Origin: Octopus sinensis
Taxonomy: Eukaryota
Direction of reading: 5' to 3'
Length of the DNA stretch: 64,000 nt
Assembly (NCBI RefSeq): GCF_006345805.1
Contig: NC_043000.1
Coordinates: 25,172,001-25,236,000, forward strand
Below are positions 41,090 through 55,140 of this stretch, piece by piece. The position numbers and the translations under genes were made by a program. Under the pieces are notes generated by a model. The model made no database searches. It was not told the origin of the DNA and worked only from the letters and a program-made list of their open reading frames with translations. How positions within the stretch are numbered: the stretch's first letter is position 1; the number at the start of each line of letters is the position of its first letter.

Positions 41090-41704
41090 GTATATGTGTT
41101 TATATATGCATATATGCATACATATTCTCATGTGCGCACAGAAGCATGTATACACGTTCATACATATATACACACATGCAGAATCACAAGAACGTAAGAA
41201 AGCTAGCTAGCAACATAGACAGACAGCCAGTCAGATGGAGAGAGAGAGAGGAGAGAGGAGAGAGGGAGAGGAGAGAGAGGAGAGAGAGAGAGGAGAGAGG
41301 GGGGGAGAGAATGGTTGAGAATAAACAAATTCAATGTCCTAAGAACAGAACAAGTTGTTTCTTTGAACGGTCAGAACCATTTTCTTTTTCTGTAGTTTTT
41401 CAATTTCCAAATATCGTTGATAGCTTGTAATCTTCGATGTTGTCCTACAATATGCACCAAACTCTTTAACTCTTCCAATCGTCTCCAAAATTATTTTAAA
41501 CGAAGCTAAGAATTCATGAAATTCATAGAAAATAGTTCGACGCTTTATTTTGTGTACCCATGTGGTGAAAAGTTTGCTTCCCAACTACATGGCTCTGGGT
41601 TCAGTCCCACTGCATGGCACCTTGGCCAAGTGTTTTCTGCTGTAACCTCGAGCCGACCAAAGCCTTGTGATTGGGAAGCAAACCCAGAACTATGTGGTTT
41701 TGAA

Positions 41705-42460
41705 GCAAACGTTTCACCACGGTGGAATTTGAACTCAGAACGTAAGGGTGCACGATATGCTACTTAGCATTTTGCCCAGCGTGCTAACGATTCTGCCAGC
41801 TCGCCGCCTTGTACCACCTTACGCCGCCTTACTAATACTGATTTCAAATTTTGGCACAAGGCCTGCAAATTCGGGGGAGGAGTTAAGTCAATTACGTTGA
41901 ACACCCCTACCCACCCACTAGTGTTCGACGGGTACTTATTTTATTGATCCCGATTGGATGAAAGGCAAAGTCGACCTCAGCGGGTTTTGAACTCGGGACG
42001 TTAAAACGGACGATATGCCACTTAGCATTTTGCCTAACGATTCTTATTTCTTTATTGCCTACAAGGGGCTAAACATAGAGGGGACAAACAAGGACAGACA
42101 AAGGGTTTAAATCGATTACATCGAACCCAGTGCGTAGCTGGTACTTAATTTATCGACCCCGAAAGGAGGAAAGGCAAAGTCAACCTCGGCGGAATTTGAA
42201 CTCAGAACGTAACGGCAGACGAAATAACTATTTCTTTACTACCCACAAGGGGCTAAACACAGAGAGGACAAACAAGGACAGACAAACGGATTAAGTCGAT
42301 TATATACCCCAGTGCGTAATTGGTACTTAATTTATCGACCCCGAAGGGATGAAAGGCAAAATCGACCTCGGCGGAATTTGAACTCAGAACGTAGCGGCAG
42401 ACGAAATACCGCTAAGCATTTCGCCCGACGTGCTAACGTTTCTGCCAGCTCGCCGCCTTA
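41705..42460 (-). mobile_element. Cluster of SINE family B copies and modules
   Basis: Family homology, repeated 184-bp module. Confidence 0.8.
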
Positions 42461-43087
42461 CTAATATCATTTCTACTATCGGCACAAGGCCTGGATTTTT
42501 GTGGGGAGGGGCGACAATCGATTTGCCAGATCGCCACCTCAGTCGCATTACTAATACCAATAACAATAAAATAACAAGCTCTTCCCACAACATTTGCCTT
42601 CTTTCAGACGCTAGCAACCCATTCTACGCCCCTGGGACTACGCTATGGCTGAAGAACAACAATTGCTTTCAGCTATGAAATCATTAAAATTTTAGTTAAG
42701 ATAATTACATTTTTCATTCTATTTTCATTTGTGTTTCAATATTCCTTTGTATTATTTCCGTTCGAAAACAATGCAGTACAATACAATACTTGACAACTTG
42801 TTTCTCCGCCTCCGCCATCTTTCAGTACAGATCTTAATAGAGTGTTTTCACAATTCTTTATTTGATATTTTTTTAATGAAATATATATTTTAATTAATGC
42901 AGATATCATATTTCCGTCGTTTTTATCCGCCAACGATCTTAAATATCAAATGAACGTTTTGCTAAGAAAACTTTTAGCCATAGAAAAGCTGACACTTCAT
43001 TTTCGTTTCATTAAAATAACATCCATTTATATATGAGTGTATAACAATATTCATATATGAATGCATAATAATATTCATATATGACTG

Positions 43088-43148
<61 letters not shown>

Positions 43149-43514
43149 GCACTCAGAGAGCGCAAACCTCCGCCAAGGCGACACCAATGTCCTCTCAGGG
43201 ATTAACCGGAGATGCCTTTTAAAATGAGAATATCTGAAATAAACTCGACTGTTCTCACAAACGAGAATACTAAAAATGAACCGGACCGCTCTCAAAAATT
43301 AAGTGAAAAAAAAAAAACTAAAAATAATCCAGAATCCTTGTCCGGTACCGGATCGATCTCAAAACCTAATCAGTTCGTGCCAGTCACGGGGCCAAACATC
43401 CCTGAAAGTTTCATCTGAATCCATCCAGCGGATCTTGAGATATCATATCCACAGATAAAACTAACAAAGTAAACACGACTGAAACAATACTTCTGCCTTC
43501 GCTATGGCGGAGGT
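43149..43514 (-). mobile_element. Helentron-type non-autonomous element (HINE/DINE-like)
   Basis: Asymmetric sub-terminal IR ACCTCCGCCA (43166-43175) / TGGCGGAGGT (43505-43514); terminal hairpin GCACTCAGAGAGCGC; sits between (AAT)n and (GGT)n. Confidence 0.6.
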
Positions 43515-43531
43515 GGTGGTGGTGGTGGTGG

Positions 43532-43578
<47 letters not shown>

Positions 43579-43579
43579 G

Positions 43580-43958
43580 GCACAGGGCCTGAATTTTTGT
43601 TTGAGGGGCTAGTCGATTATATTGACCCCAGTGCTTGATTGGTACTTATTTTATCGCCCCGAAAAAATGAAGGATAAAGTCGACCTCGGCAGAATTTGAA
43701 CTCAGAACGTCAAGCCGGAAGAAATACCTATTTCTTTACTACCCACAAGGGGCTAAACACAGAGAGGACAAACAAGGACAGACAAAGGGATTAAGTCGAT
43801 TATATCGACCCCAGTGCGTAATTGGTACTTATTTAATCGACCCCGAAAGGATGAAAGGCAAAGTCGACCTCGGCGGAATTTGAACTCAGAACGTAGCGGC
43901 AGACGAAATACCGCTAAGCATTTGCCGGCGTGCTAACGTTTCTGCCAGATCGCCGCCT
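43580..43958 (-). mobile_element. SINE family B, two modules
   Basis: Family homology. Confidence 0.85.
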
Positions 43959-44184
43959 TAGTAAGCAAAGATATAGAGAAATGGCTGAAGGAGATTGGAA
44001 TAGAATGCTTGGTTGAGTTCCTTCAGAAAGTTTGACTTAAGGACAGCAAAAATTATCGGGAAGGTTCTAAACACTTGAAAGACTACAGAAAATTTATGGA
44101 TACCCAAGGTTACAGATAGTAATACGCTGCCCACATAAGTCCTACCAGGAATAAGACCAAACCTGAGCCAAACCAAATAATAAA

Positions 44185-44223
<39 letters not shown>

Positions 44224-44774
44224 GAATGAGAGAGCAGTGCATGCCATCAAAGTGACACTGGGGTAAAATATACGAAGCCCAGTATACCCATCGTGATTAC
44301 CCATCTAAGGGTATATTAGGCACATGCATCACAACCAAATGTGCACAACATGGTGATCTCATATCAAGATAAACAGCGCATGACCTTGCAGGTGGGGTCC
44401 AGTTAAAATTTTCTTCTGGTCGAGTGACCCATCCTACTCAAAAGGTCCCTGAATAAGGGTTGTTTAAGGATGTTGAATGAAACACCCATGTTTCCAGAGG
44501 TGAATTATTCAAACCCCAAACAATTCCTCTCAACACATGGCTATGATGCTCCCCCACTACTTCTGCTTGTGATCAGAGATGCACATATCGCCAGCCACTT
44601 AGGGACATGCTCAACTGGTTAAAGTCAAACAACTGACAAGCAAATCTGTGGTATTGAGCAGAATATTTGCTGTAGTTCATCTTTTATATCAAGACAAAAC
44701 AATGTACATGATAACACTTCCAATCAATTAAGATCAGAAGCCACGAGAGCCACTGCCTGGCACTGCATTAGGGC

Positions 44775-44775
<1 letters not shown>
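44224..44775 (+). repeat. Full-length repeat E between (TTA)n runs
   Basis: Homologous to 10750-11725; (TTA)n on both sides. Confidence 0.85.
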
Positions 44776-44814
<39 letters not shown>

Positions 44815-45570
44815 TCTATAACGATACAGTAGACAAAGCGGCCTCCATCAAATAGACGAGCTAAATTTGTTGCAAATTGATTCATATTATGACCCAGACA
44901 CTTTGTCTCGTTAAGTCTCGCTTCTAGGCATGTCGTCTGCATAAAACAACCGATATATACCACTTTGGTTGAAAAGTGTAATATTAAATTTGCTGCCCAG
45001 TAAATTAAAAATTTATCGTCTTTCCAAAAGTAAATTCGAACACACAAATTTTATCTTCCTAAGCAACGGAGTCGATAAATTTCTAGCTTTCAAGACCACT
45101 TTGTAATACTTTTTTTCTCCAAGTCGGTTGTGTTCCGCCAAATGTCATTTTTCTTTTAAGAGGAAAGGTAGTGTCCATGATCCAGGGTCTTCGATACTGG
45201 TGGAGAGGAAAGAAGAAAGAGGAAAGACGGTATCTTCGAATCGGAAACCTGATCTAAATATTTGCAAGAGCGCGGAGTCTCCTTAAGCCACCGATTATAG
45301 CAGGTAGAGGTGTTAAATGGAGCAATGGGTTAGCCTTGGTGAGATTTGAACTCAGAACGTGAACAGCCGGAACAAATACCACAATACAGCCATTCCGGCA
45401 ATCCTTTCAATCAGCTTCTTATAATTCTTTCAATCTATTACTTTGCGTTGGTACATTTTAATTGACCCTGAAACGAACAAAGCCAAGGTGACCTCGGTGG
45501 GATTTGAAAACAGAACGCATGGAGCCGGAACAAATACTGCACAGTATCCGGTTGGACAATTTCTTCGAAA

Positions 45571-45953
45571 TCTCTCTCTATATAAACGGCAGTTTGTCTG
45601 TGCGTGTTTCTGTGTGTCTGTTTGCTTGTACCCTCACCCTGACCACGGCTTTCAACCGTTCTGATGAACTTGACGACACACATAGCCCAATGTCATAATT
45701 CAAAACTAACGCAGCGAAAATTTTGAAAAGTTCCCCCAGTTCTGAAAAAAATCGATAAATTCGACATGGGGTCGAGAATCAGAAACACAGACCACAAACT
45801 GTCTAGGAGACGCAACTACACCTTTTTTAACTCTCAAAAAAAATTTACCATCATTTTTTTCCATTTTTTTGCTATTTTTTGGCTATAACTCTCTAAAAAT
45901 GCTTTATAGTTATTTCCCTTACAAACCCGAGCAACGCCGGGCGATACTGCTAG
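45571..45953 (+). mobile_element. Non-autonomous Helitron (short form) with both ends intact
   Basis: A|TCTCTCTCTATATAAAC ... CCCGAGCAACGCCGGGCGATACTGCTAG|T. Confidence 0.88.
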
Positions 45954-46792
45954 TGTTTCATATTACTTCTCAAATCTTTTGCCTGGGACTGGAACTTTTT
46001 TATCGATTCCGAAAGAATAAAAGTCAAAGTTGAACCCGGCGAAATTTGAACCCGGAACTTAGAGAGCTGGAACCAATGGCGTGAGATATTGTCCGACACC
46101 TTTGACGATTCTACCAATTAATCGTGAAATCAAGCTGCCGGATGCTACTTCCCAGAATAGGATTCTTGAAATGTCATCACAATTAATCATCAGTATAAAA
46201 AAGGTAAAATAACACGCAATATAAATTAAAAACAACCCCCCCCCCCCCAAAAAAAAAGAAACAATTAATTATAGCCTCCTCTTTCGCATTCCACTTTGCT
46301 CTTTTTTTCTCTTTCTACTTTTATTTAATATTAAGTTTCATATTGAAACAAAAATTACAGGAGAGAAGAAACAACGTTGTTATTCCTTCATATCGATTCG
46401 ATTTTGATGTAGCTGAGATACAACTGATTGCCTATACCACTGGTTCCCAACCTAGGGTCTGCTATGGTAGTACTGGGGGTCCGTGAACTAAATTCAAAAT
46501 TTCATATACATACATACACACACACACACACATATATATATATTATATATATAGGGTGAGAGAGTTGGTAAGTGAAAGCATGTGGTTGGATGTATAAAAA
46601 ACAAAATAGAATGAAAAAACTACAGAAGATTTGTATTATATGGTCAAAATCTGAGAAATTTGAAAAGAAAATGCGAAACCGGTTAATTCTCCAAAAACAA
46701 TGTCACTAACACAAACTTTTATAACATTTTCCTAACGTAACGATTTTAATATATTTTTTAACCATTCAATACAAATCTTCTGAAGTTTTTTC

Positions 46793-46826
<34 letters not shown>

Positions 46827-46964
46827 ACTCATGTGTGGTTGTGATGCCTGTGTCTGGTGTACACTTATCAGAAGTTATGATGGGCATAGTGAGCTTCGTA
46901 TATTTTATCCTGGTGACACTGCTCTCTCATTCACTCACTAATAATAATAATAATAATAATCTCA

Positions 46965-47512
46965 AATTTTTGCAACAAGAGTAGCTTAGGGGAGGGGATT
47001 AAGTCGATTACATCGACCCCAGTCGTAACTGGTACTTAATTTATCGACCCCGAAAGGATGAAAGGCAAAGTCAACCTCGGCGGAATTTGAACTCAGAACG
47101 TAGTGGCAGACGAAATACCTATTTCTATTTCTTTACTACCCACAAGGGGCTAAACATACAGGAGACAAACAAGGACAGACAGACGGATTAAGTCGATTAT
47201 ATCGACCCCAGTGCGTAACTGGTACTTATTTAATCGACCCTGAAACGATGAAAGGCAAAGTCGACCTCGGCGGAATTTGAACTCAGAACGTAGAGGCAGA
47301 CGAAATACCTATTTCTTTATTACCCACAAGGGGCTAAACATAGAGAGGACAAACAAGGACAGACATAGGTATTAAGTCGATTATATCGACCCCAGTGCGT
47401 AACTGGTACTTAATTTATCGACCCCGAAAGGATGAAAGGCAAAATCAACCTCGGCGGAATTTGAACTCAGAACGTAGTGGCAGACGAAATACCGCTAAGC
47501 ATTTCGCCCGGC
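46965..47512 (-). mobile_element. SINE family B, three modules
   Basis: Module spacing 190 and 184 bp. Confidence 0.85.
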
Positions 47513-47546
<34 letters not shown>

Positions 47547-48170
47547 CATCAACTTCAAAAGTAACAACGTTCATTACTATATTGATAATAATCGAAATTT
47601 TCTAGATATACATCGGTTGATTGTGATTAAATTTAGAATTAGATTCTTATTCACAGAAAAAAACAAAATGTTTGAAGTTGTAAAAGCTGGCGGTAAAATA
47701 ACGTTGTTTGACATCTCCAATAAAATCTGTCAATATGTTTTATCCTGCTGAGAAATGAAGTAGGATGTGAAGAGCCATGATGTACATAAGACTTTATGTA
47801 AGAAGTAGTCAGACGCTGTCTGCAAAGGAGCGTTATTGATTTATACTCTGTCCAAAATGGCTACCTTCACAGGTCCAAGGAAAAAGAACGAGCCGATGTA
47901 GGTGCCTCTACGTGGTTGTTCGAGCTGCTAGAACGAACAGCCAAATCTTCATTAGGTTTTATTATCTTTGGAAAGAGATAGAAAAGAATAGATTGGACGA
48001 TGCAGTGTTAGGTTTAAAAGAAAACATCAGATGATCATGGTTGACACGTATTTTGTCATAAGTCAGACATATAAAGACTGATCTTCGGTTCAAGAACATC
48101 AGTGACACCACCAACAATAACGGAATAGCTACCAGTAATAATGAACACCAGCAGCAGCAGCAGCAGCAGT

Positions 48171-48790
48171 TGAGGCGCAATGGCCCAGTGGTTAGGGCAG
48201 CGGACTCGTGGTCGGAGGATCGCGGTTTCGATTCCCAGACCGGGCGTTGTGTGTGTTTATTGAGCGAAAACACCTAAAGCTACACGAGGCTCCGGCAGGG
48301 GGTGGTGGCGACCCCTGTTGTACTCTTTCGCTCCAACTTTCTCTCACTCTTTCTTCCTGTTTCTTGTCCCCGACTTCCTACGCAACCGATGAGCCTGGAT
48401 GCGCATTCATCCATCTGTCGATGCTCTCGGTGTTGGGGGTCGACCTGCTTTCTCTTCTGCGGGTTTTACAAATAGCCAAGGACCACGTTTCGGACTTCTC
48501 CCATCTTGCAAGCTCTGGGATGAAGACCGTTCGCTCAACAGCAACAACAACAATAATATCAACGAAAACAACAATAGCCAGCCACACCAACATTTCTACC
48601 AGTGGAGGCGCAGTGGCCCAGTGGTTAGGGCAGCGGACTCGCGGTCGTAAGAACGCAGGTTTCGATTCCAAGACCGGGCATTGCGAGTGTTTATTGAGCA
48701 AAAACACCTAAGCTCCACGAGGTACCGGTGGGTCGGGGGTGAAATTCGCTGTACACTTTCACCACAACTTTCTCTCACTCTTTCTTCCTA
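48171..48790 (+). mobile_element. Two SINE family C copies (48171-48530 with a third tail type; 48603-48790 truncated)
   Basis: tRNA-like heads at 48171 and 48603. Confidence 0.8.
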
Positions 48791-49789
48791 ATTCTGCCAC
48801 AAAGCAGAGGAACCATGGTGTAACCCACTATGGTGTGGTAAACTTTCAGACCCTAGTCTAGATTGCGAATCCTCTGTACCCCAGGATGGTTCAGCTCTCC
48901 ACCCGTTAAAAGCCACCGTTTACGGAATAAGGATAACAACGTAGCTTTCGCGCCCGTGCAACCTCCAGTCTATCGCGTGTGGTGGGTGGATCTTCAAGAT
49001 GCCACACGTATTCTCAGTAGCTTAGAGTAGGCTCGAATTAGCGATTATTCTTTGTGGCCAATGGCGTGAGTCCTGACTGGAAGGAGAAGATATCTCTACC
49101 ACGAACAACATCAACAAAAATACCAACCCCAGAACCATCAACAAAACAAAAGACACCCCCAACACCAACAAACAACAACAACAACGACGACAAAAGCAGG
49201 AAGAAAAGAAATTGAGTGTTCGTGACGTTTATGCCTTTCCAAAAACATTAGCCGTGTAAGTGAGGTGCAAAGATAACTTCAGTCGGGAATCGAAGCCGGC
49301 GCTATGAAAACGGCTCGCTAGAAATCTTGTGCTATAACGCTCGGCATACATTAACAACATACAAATTTGGGGTGGAAAATTTAGTCTAAAAAATAACGTT
49401 TTTACATGGTCACGCAACTGCTAGAAATAGTAGCCAAGTCGTAGAAGTACATTGTACCATCTTTAATAAAACGACGCATTATATAGAGTTGTCCCAAATA
49501 TACTAATCCTGGAAAAGTGATTGTCGTAGTTGGAGTACCTGTGATTATTGGTCTACTTTTTCAGAATCAACGTGGCGTTATAAACGACATGTAATTATGT
49601 GTGTACATTAATAAAATGAATAGAAACGTGGAATGGCACAAGTGTATGGCATTATAGTCTTAAGAAGCTTCACAAAGAGACTTTTGTGATAAGGATACAG
49701 GGCTTCGGCTCAAAACGCGGGAGAATTTCCAGAAGATCATAATTCTAGCCTGGCAGAAAAAAGAAAAAGAAAATATATTACGATATATT

Positions 49790-50373
49790 CTCTTTTCTAC
49801 TCTAGGCAAAAGGCCCGAAATTTTGTGGGAGGGGACCAGTCGATTAGATTGATCCCCAGTACGCAACTGGTACTTAATTTATCGACCCTGAAAGGATAAA
49901 AGGCAAAGTCGACCTCGGCGGAATTTGAACTCAGAACGTAACGGCAGACGAAATACCTATTTCTTTACTACCCACAAGGGGCTACACAGAGAGAGGACAA
50001 ACAAGGACAGACAAACGGATTAAGTCGATTATATCGACCCCAATGCGTAACTGGTACTTAATTTATCGACCCCGAAAGGAGGAAAGGCAAAGTCGACCTC
50101 GGCGGAATTTGAACTCAGAACGTAACGGCAGACGAAATACCTATTTCTTTACTACCCACAAGGGGCTACACAGAGAGAGGACAAACAAGGACAGACAAAC
50201 GAATTAAGTCGATTATATCGACCCCAGTGCGTAACTGGTACTTAATTTATCGACCCCGAAAGGATGAAAGGCAAAGTCTTCTTCGGCGGAATTTGAACTC
50301 AGAACGTAACGGCAGATGAAATACCGCTAAGCATTTCGCCTGTCTTGCTAACGTGTCTGCCAACTCGCCGCCT
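49790..50373 (-). mobile_element. SINE family B, three modules
   Basis: GGTACTT at 49869, 50053, 50237 (184-bp period). Confidence 0.9.
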
Positions 50374-50574
50374 TAGTACGACATATTCTCAAATGAATTC
50401 TTTTCTAAAACTGTAAACCCGTTTTCCTTCTTCTTTTCCTTAAAATATTTTGAAATTCAAAGTTTTCGTCTGTGTTCAATTTTTGAAGCTTTCAGGACGC
50501 TAGTTTTTCGATCGCTGGAAATTTGACCTTCTGACTCTCAGCCTTATAATTGCACTTTATTCTGTTATTCTTTG

Positions 50575-50948
50575 ATTCGTTTCAGTCATTTGACTGCAGC
50601 CATGCTGGAGCAACGCCTTTAGTCGAACATATCGAAACCCAGGACATTCTTTGTAAGCCTAGTATTCATCCTATCGGTTCCTTTTGCCGAACTGCTAAGT
50701 TGCGGGGAAGTAAACACACCAACATCGGTTGTCAAGCGATGTTGGGGGACAAAGACAGACATACAAACATATACATACATATATAATATATATATATGGG
50801 CTTCTTTCTGTTTCCGTCTTTCAAATCCACTCACAAGGTTTTGGTCAGCCCAAGGCTATAGTAGAAGACACTTGCCCAAGATGCCACGCAGTGGTACTGA
50901 ACCCGGAACCATGTGGTTGGTAAGCGGACTACTTACTATAGAGCCACT
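50575..50948 (-). mobile_element. SINE family A
   Basis: Family homology. Confidence 0.85.
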
Positions 50949-50969
50949 ACATAATATGAATATATATAC

Positions 50970-51000
<31 letters not shown>

Positions 51001-51006
51001 ATATAT

Positions 51007-51086
<80 letters not shown>

Positions 51087-51100
51087 CTATATATATATAA

Positions 51101-51616
51101 ATTTATTCCTCGATATACGAGTTAATATGTTCCCGGAGACCGCTCGTAAAACAAAAACTCGTAAAGTAGAGCAATAATTACCCAGAGTGGCAATGTTATA
51201 AATCGTAATTTGTTCTCAGGATAATATTTTACCTATAAAATTTATAATACTCGTAAATAAATGGTAATAAAACAACAGTAGAATGTAAAGAATAGGTTGT
51301 GTAAAGTAAAAAGAATGTCAAGATAATTTATAAAAATATTATTATAATCGTTTTCTGAATCACTTTCACTCGGACTAGACTCGTACACTCCATCACTTGT
51401 AGACGCGATCGCTGATTCACAAGCACTCGTAGACGGACTTGTGGATTTCATTAAGAAAAAAACAAATCTACAGTTGTTTGCTTAGAAGAAGCATTTATTT
51501 TTTCGCACTCCATAAAGCATGGAAATAGAAGCTTTTGCACTTCGTTCAAAATCTGGATCTTGGGGTTGAAAAATATAACTCGTAAACACGGGTTGCCGTA
51601 AAGTGAGGTATAACTG
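51101..51616. mobile_element. Possible pogo/Tigger-like non-autonomous element
   Basis: Degenerate TIRs TTTATTCCTCGATATACG / CGTAAAGTGAGGTATAACTG; acidic Ser-rich remnant frame at 51242-51451. Confidence 0.4.
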
Positions 51617-51647
51617 AATGTGTATGTATACGTTATGTGTGTGTGTA

Positions 51648-51693
<46 letters not shown>

Positions 51694-51839
51694 TACACGA
51701 TATATACATGTATGGTGATGCAAAAAGGAAAAACAGAACTCAAAATATGAGTATATGTATATTTTCTTAATATTTAGCAGAAGCAACAAAGTTCCGCTAT
51801 TTGTAAAAGTATATAAATAATAAATGCGCCATTTTTAAA

Positions 51840-52072
51840 GGCTAGCCATGCTCACAGGCCCGGTTTCCCGGTTTCAATGGTGTATGTATTCCCCAGCTGG
51901 ACGGGGCGCCAGTCCATCGCAGCGTTACTCATTTTTGCCAGCTGAGTGGACTGGAGCAACGTGAAATGAAGTGTTTTGCTCAAGAACACAACGCGTCGCC
52001 CGGTCCAGGAATCGAAACCACAATCTTACGATCATGATGCTGACAACCTAACCACTAAGCCACACGCCTCCA
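51840..52072 (-). mobile_element. SINE with family-D head and core and the family-C GAGTAACGCTGCGATGG tail
   Basis: Head and core match 13713; tail matches 27005-27110. Confidence 0.75.
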
Positions 52073-52193
52073 CGTAAAAGTATAAATATATATATAAATA
52101 TAAACACAAATTAAATATATATATATGTATGTATATATATATATATCTATATTATATAAATACAGTGTATATATATATATATGTGTGTGTGTG

Positions 52194-53263
52194 AATGGTT
52201 TTGTTATACGGTGCCGTGTTTTATAATCCTGTAAATAATAATAATGTTATTTATATAAGCTTAAAGCGATAACCGTGCAATGACTGAGGAAAATAGTCTA
52301 ATAATGGGGCATATAAGCCTTCGACAGAAAGAAAATGCAAGGCTTTCCCTTCCGCGTAGAACAGAACCCATATCCTTTTGTTAATGCAACTAAGTGTGTT
52401 ACCTTTATACCTATTTCTTTATTACCCACAAGGGGCTAAACACAGAGGGGACAAACAAGGACAGACATAGGTATTAAGTCGATTACATCGACCCCAGTGC
52501 GTAACAGGTACTTAATTTATCGATCCCGAAAGGATGAAAGGCAAAGTCGACCTCGGCGGAATTTGAACTCAGAACGTAACAGCAGACGAAATACCTATTT
52601 CTTTACTACCCACAAGGGGCTAAACATAGAGGGGACAAACAAGGACAGACATAGGTATTAAGTCGATTACAGCGACCCCAGTGCGTAACTGGTACTTAAT
52701 TTATCGACCCCTAAAGGATGAAAGGCAAAGTCGCACTCGGCGGAATTTGAACTCAGAACGTAACAACAGACGAAATACCGCTAAGCATTTCGCCCGGCGT
52801 GCTAACGTTTCTGCCAGCTCGCCGCCTTTATACCATCGAATCAGCCACCCTGCTTCTGCCAAATTTAAGAACTATATTAGTTTGTATTTGTTTTATGGAA
52901 ACAAACTTTCTATATATGCTTTCGGTGCGAATGGTTTTGTTATATGGTGTCGTATTTTACAACCCTGTAAATAATAATAATGGCATTTATATAAGCTTAA
53001 GGCTTATGGCGATCACCGAACTATGACTGAAGAAAAGAGTCTAATAAAGGGGCATATAAGCTCTCAACAGAAAAAAAGAAGGCTTTCCTATCCGTGTGGA
53101 TACACACTTAGTCGCGTTAACAAAGAGATGTGGGTTCGTATCCCACGCGAAAAGGAAAGCCTTCTTTTTTCTGTTGTGGGCTTATATGCCCCTTTATTAG
53201 ACTAATTTCCTTAGTCATTGCGCGGTGATCACCATAAGCTTTAAGCTTATATAAATACCATTA
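52194..53263. repeat. Unclassified repeat X: direct copies at 52194-52410 and 52929-53103, inverted copy at 53104-53263; SINE B at 52411-52827 with TSD TTATACC
   Basis: Direct sequence comparison. Confidence 0.8.
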
Positions 53264-53613
53264 TAAATAAATGTGTGTGTGTGTGTGTGGTGTGTGTGCG
53301 CGCGCGCGCGTAAGGTATAAGTTAGAGGTGTTAAACCCTCTAAGGGATAGAAGTATCAAGAGACACCCCTGGTAATTACCTCAGTAAGTATGGTCCTTGG
53401 TATAAGGTATACGGCAGCAGGTAATTTAAAAAGGTAAACCGTAGTTTAATGTATATATATATACGATAAGAAAATGGAAGAAAAACAACAAATAGAAGTC
53501 TGTCTGTTGTGCTAAAAAGCCATTATTTAATTAAGCACAACAGACACACTTCTATTTGCTGTTTTTTCCCCTCATTTCCTTATTGTTTCTCTCTCTCTCT
53601 CTCTGTATGTGTG

Positions 53614-53654
<41 letters not shown>

Positions 53655-54012
53655 CTCTTTTACTTGTTTCAGTCATTTGACTGTGGCCATGCTGGAGCAC
53701 CGGCTTTTGTCCGAGCAAATCGACCCCAGGACTTATTCTTTGTAAGCCTAGTACTTATTCTATCGGTCTCTTTTGCTGAACCGTTAAGTTACGGTGACGT
53801 AAACACACCAGCATCGGTTGTCAAGCGATGTTGGGACACACACACATATATATATATACATACATACATATATACGACGGGCTTCTTTCAGTTTCCGTCT
53901 ACCAAATCCACTCACAAGGCTTTGGTCGGCCCGAGGCTATAGTAGAAGACACTTGCCGAAAGTGCCACGCAGTGGGACTGAACCCGGAACCATGTGGTTC
54001 GAAAACAAGCTA
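53655..54012 (-). mobile_element. SINE family A, full length
   Basis: Family homology. Confidence 0.85.
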
Positions 54013-54239
54013 CTTTTATTCATCAAATTGGCCATGAAAGCCGTACACAGATATGTAGCTGCTGGCTGGACAAAGAAATTAATGAGATGAGGATGATAAT
54101 GGTGAACAAAAATGGGAGGGGCACCGGCGCCCGCCGACCGATAACCCCTCGAAATCGCTGTTCTTTTATTCAATTTTACTAAAAAAAATCACAAAAATTA
54201 CAAAATTTTTTCTTAATCTTCCTTTTTCTCATCCGAGGC

Positions 54240-54520
54240 CCCGCATAAGTTCCCTGCCGCCTGCAGGAAAGCTTGCATCGGCAGGTCGGAGCCCGGAAAG
54301 AGAAAAGAAAATTCTTCTTTTCCAAAGGTCACCATGACCTCAAAAAGTTCTCTTTGTGTTATGACCTCCGCAGCCATCAATCGGTCGCGGCCTCCGCCCT
54401 GACACTGAGAAGCTTGGTTCCGCTACCGCCCAGACCTCTACGAATGGTCTGTTCTATCCATTCAGACCGAATTCCGATGGGACAATCTTCCACTCCAAAG
54501 CGATGGCCTTATTTTCTTTC
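54240..54520 (-). pseudogene. Possible L1/Tx1 ORF1 remnant
   Basis: PIGIRSEWIEQTIRRGLG.. and a degenerate P-x-C..C..G knuckle-like stretch; GC-rich; weak. Confidence 0.3.
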
Positions 54521-55140
54521 ATATTAAAATGTCCACATAAAATAACCAACAAACAAAAATTCTAAACACAAGAAAATAGAGAAAACTGTTCAATAAAGGC
54601 GGAAGAAATGAAAATAATAGTTCATACCAAAAATAGTTCATAAAAGAAAGAAAAACGAAAAACAACAGTTCACAAAGAGTAAATAAAAACATATAGTCCT
54701 AGGCAGAAAAAAAAAAATCAGGCGACAATGGTACTCCGGCCTTATTCGATCCCGGCTCCTTTGCAGCTCTCAATTTGATGGTAAAATCCAGTTCTTTGCT
54801 TGTAACTAAGAAAAAAAAAATTAATATCTTCTTCAAATCCATAATTTTCGAAACCTCTTAGTTGGTTTGAAAGCTAACAATAATTCTTCAATTTTTCTCC
54901 ACTGTAGAAAATCAACAATTTACTTCAAAAAATTACGGCTTGCTTTTCCGGCTGTTCAAACAAGCTCACCAGCATCAAGCCACACACACTTTTCACCGCC
55001 AAGAGTAAGCGAATTTGCCCCCAGAGCAGGGCAGAATATACTGTAATAAAAATAAGACAATAATTCTATTTAGCTCATAAAAAACAAAATCGCTCACCCT
55101 GAAGTCGACTTTTTTCTCTAAGACGGAGCTAAACAACTTG

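Noticed and set aside
46438-46500. hAT-like end CACTGGTTCCCAACC..GGGGGTCCGTGAA
   Set aside because: No partner TIR found nearby.
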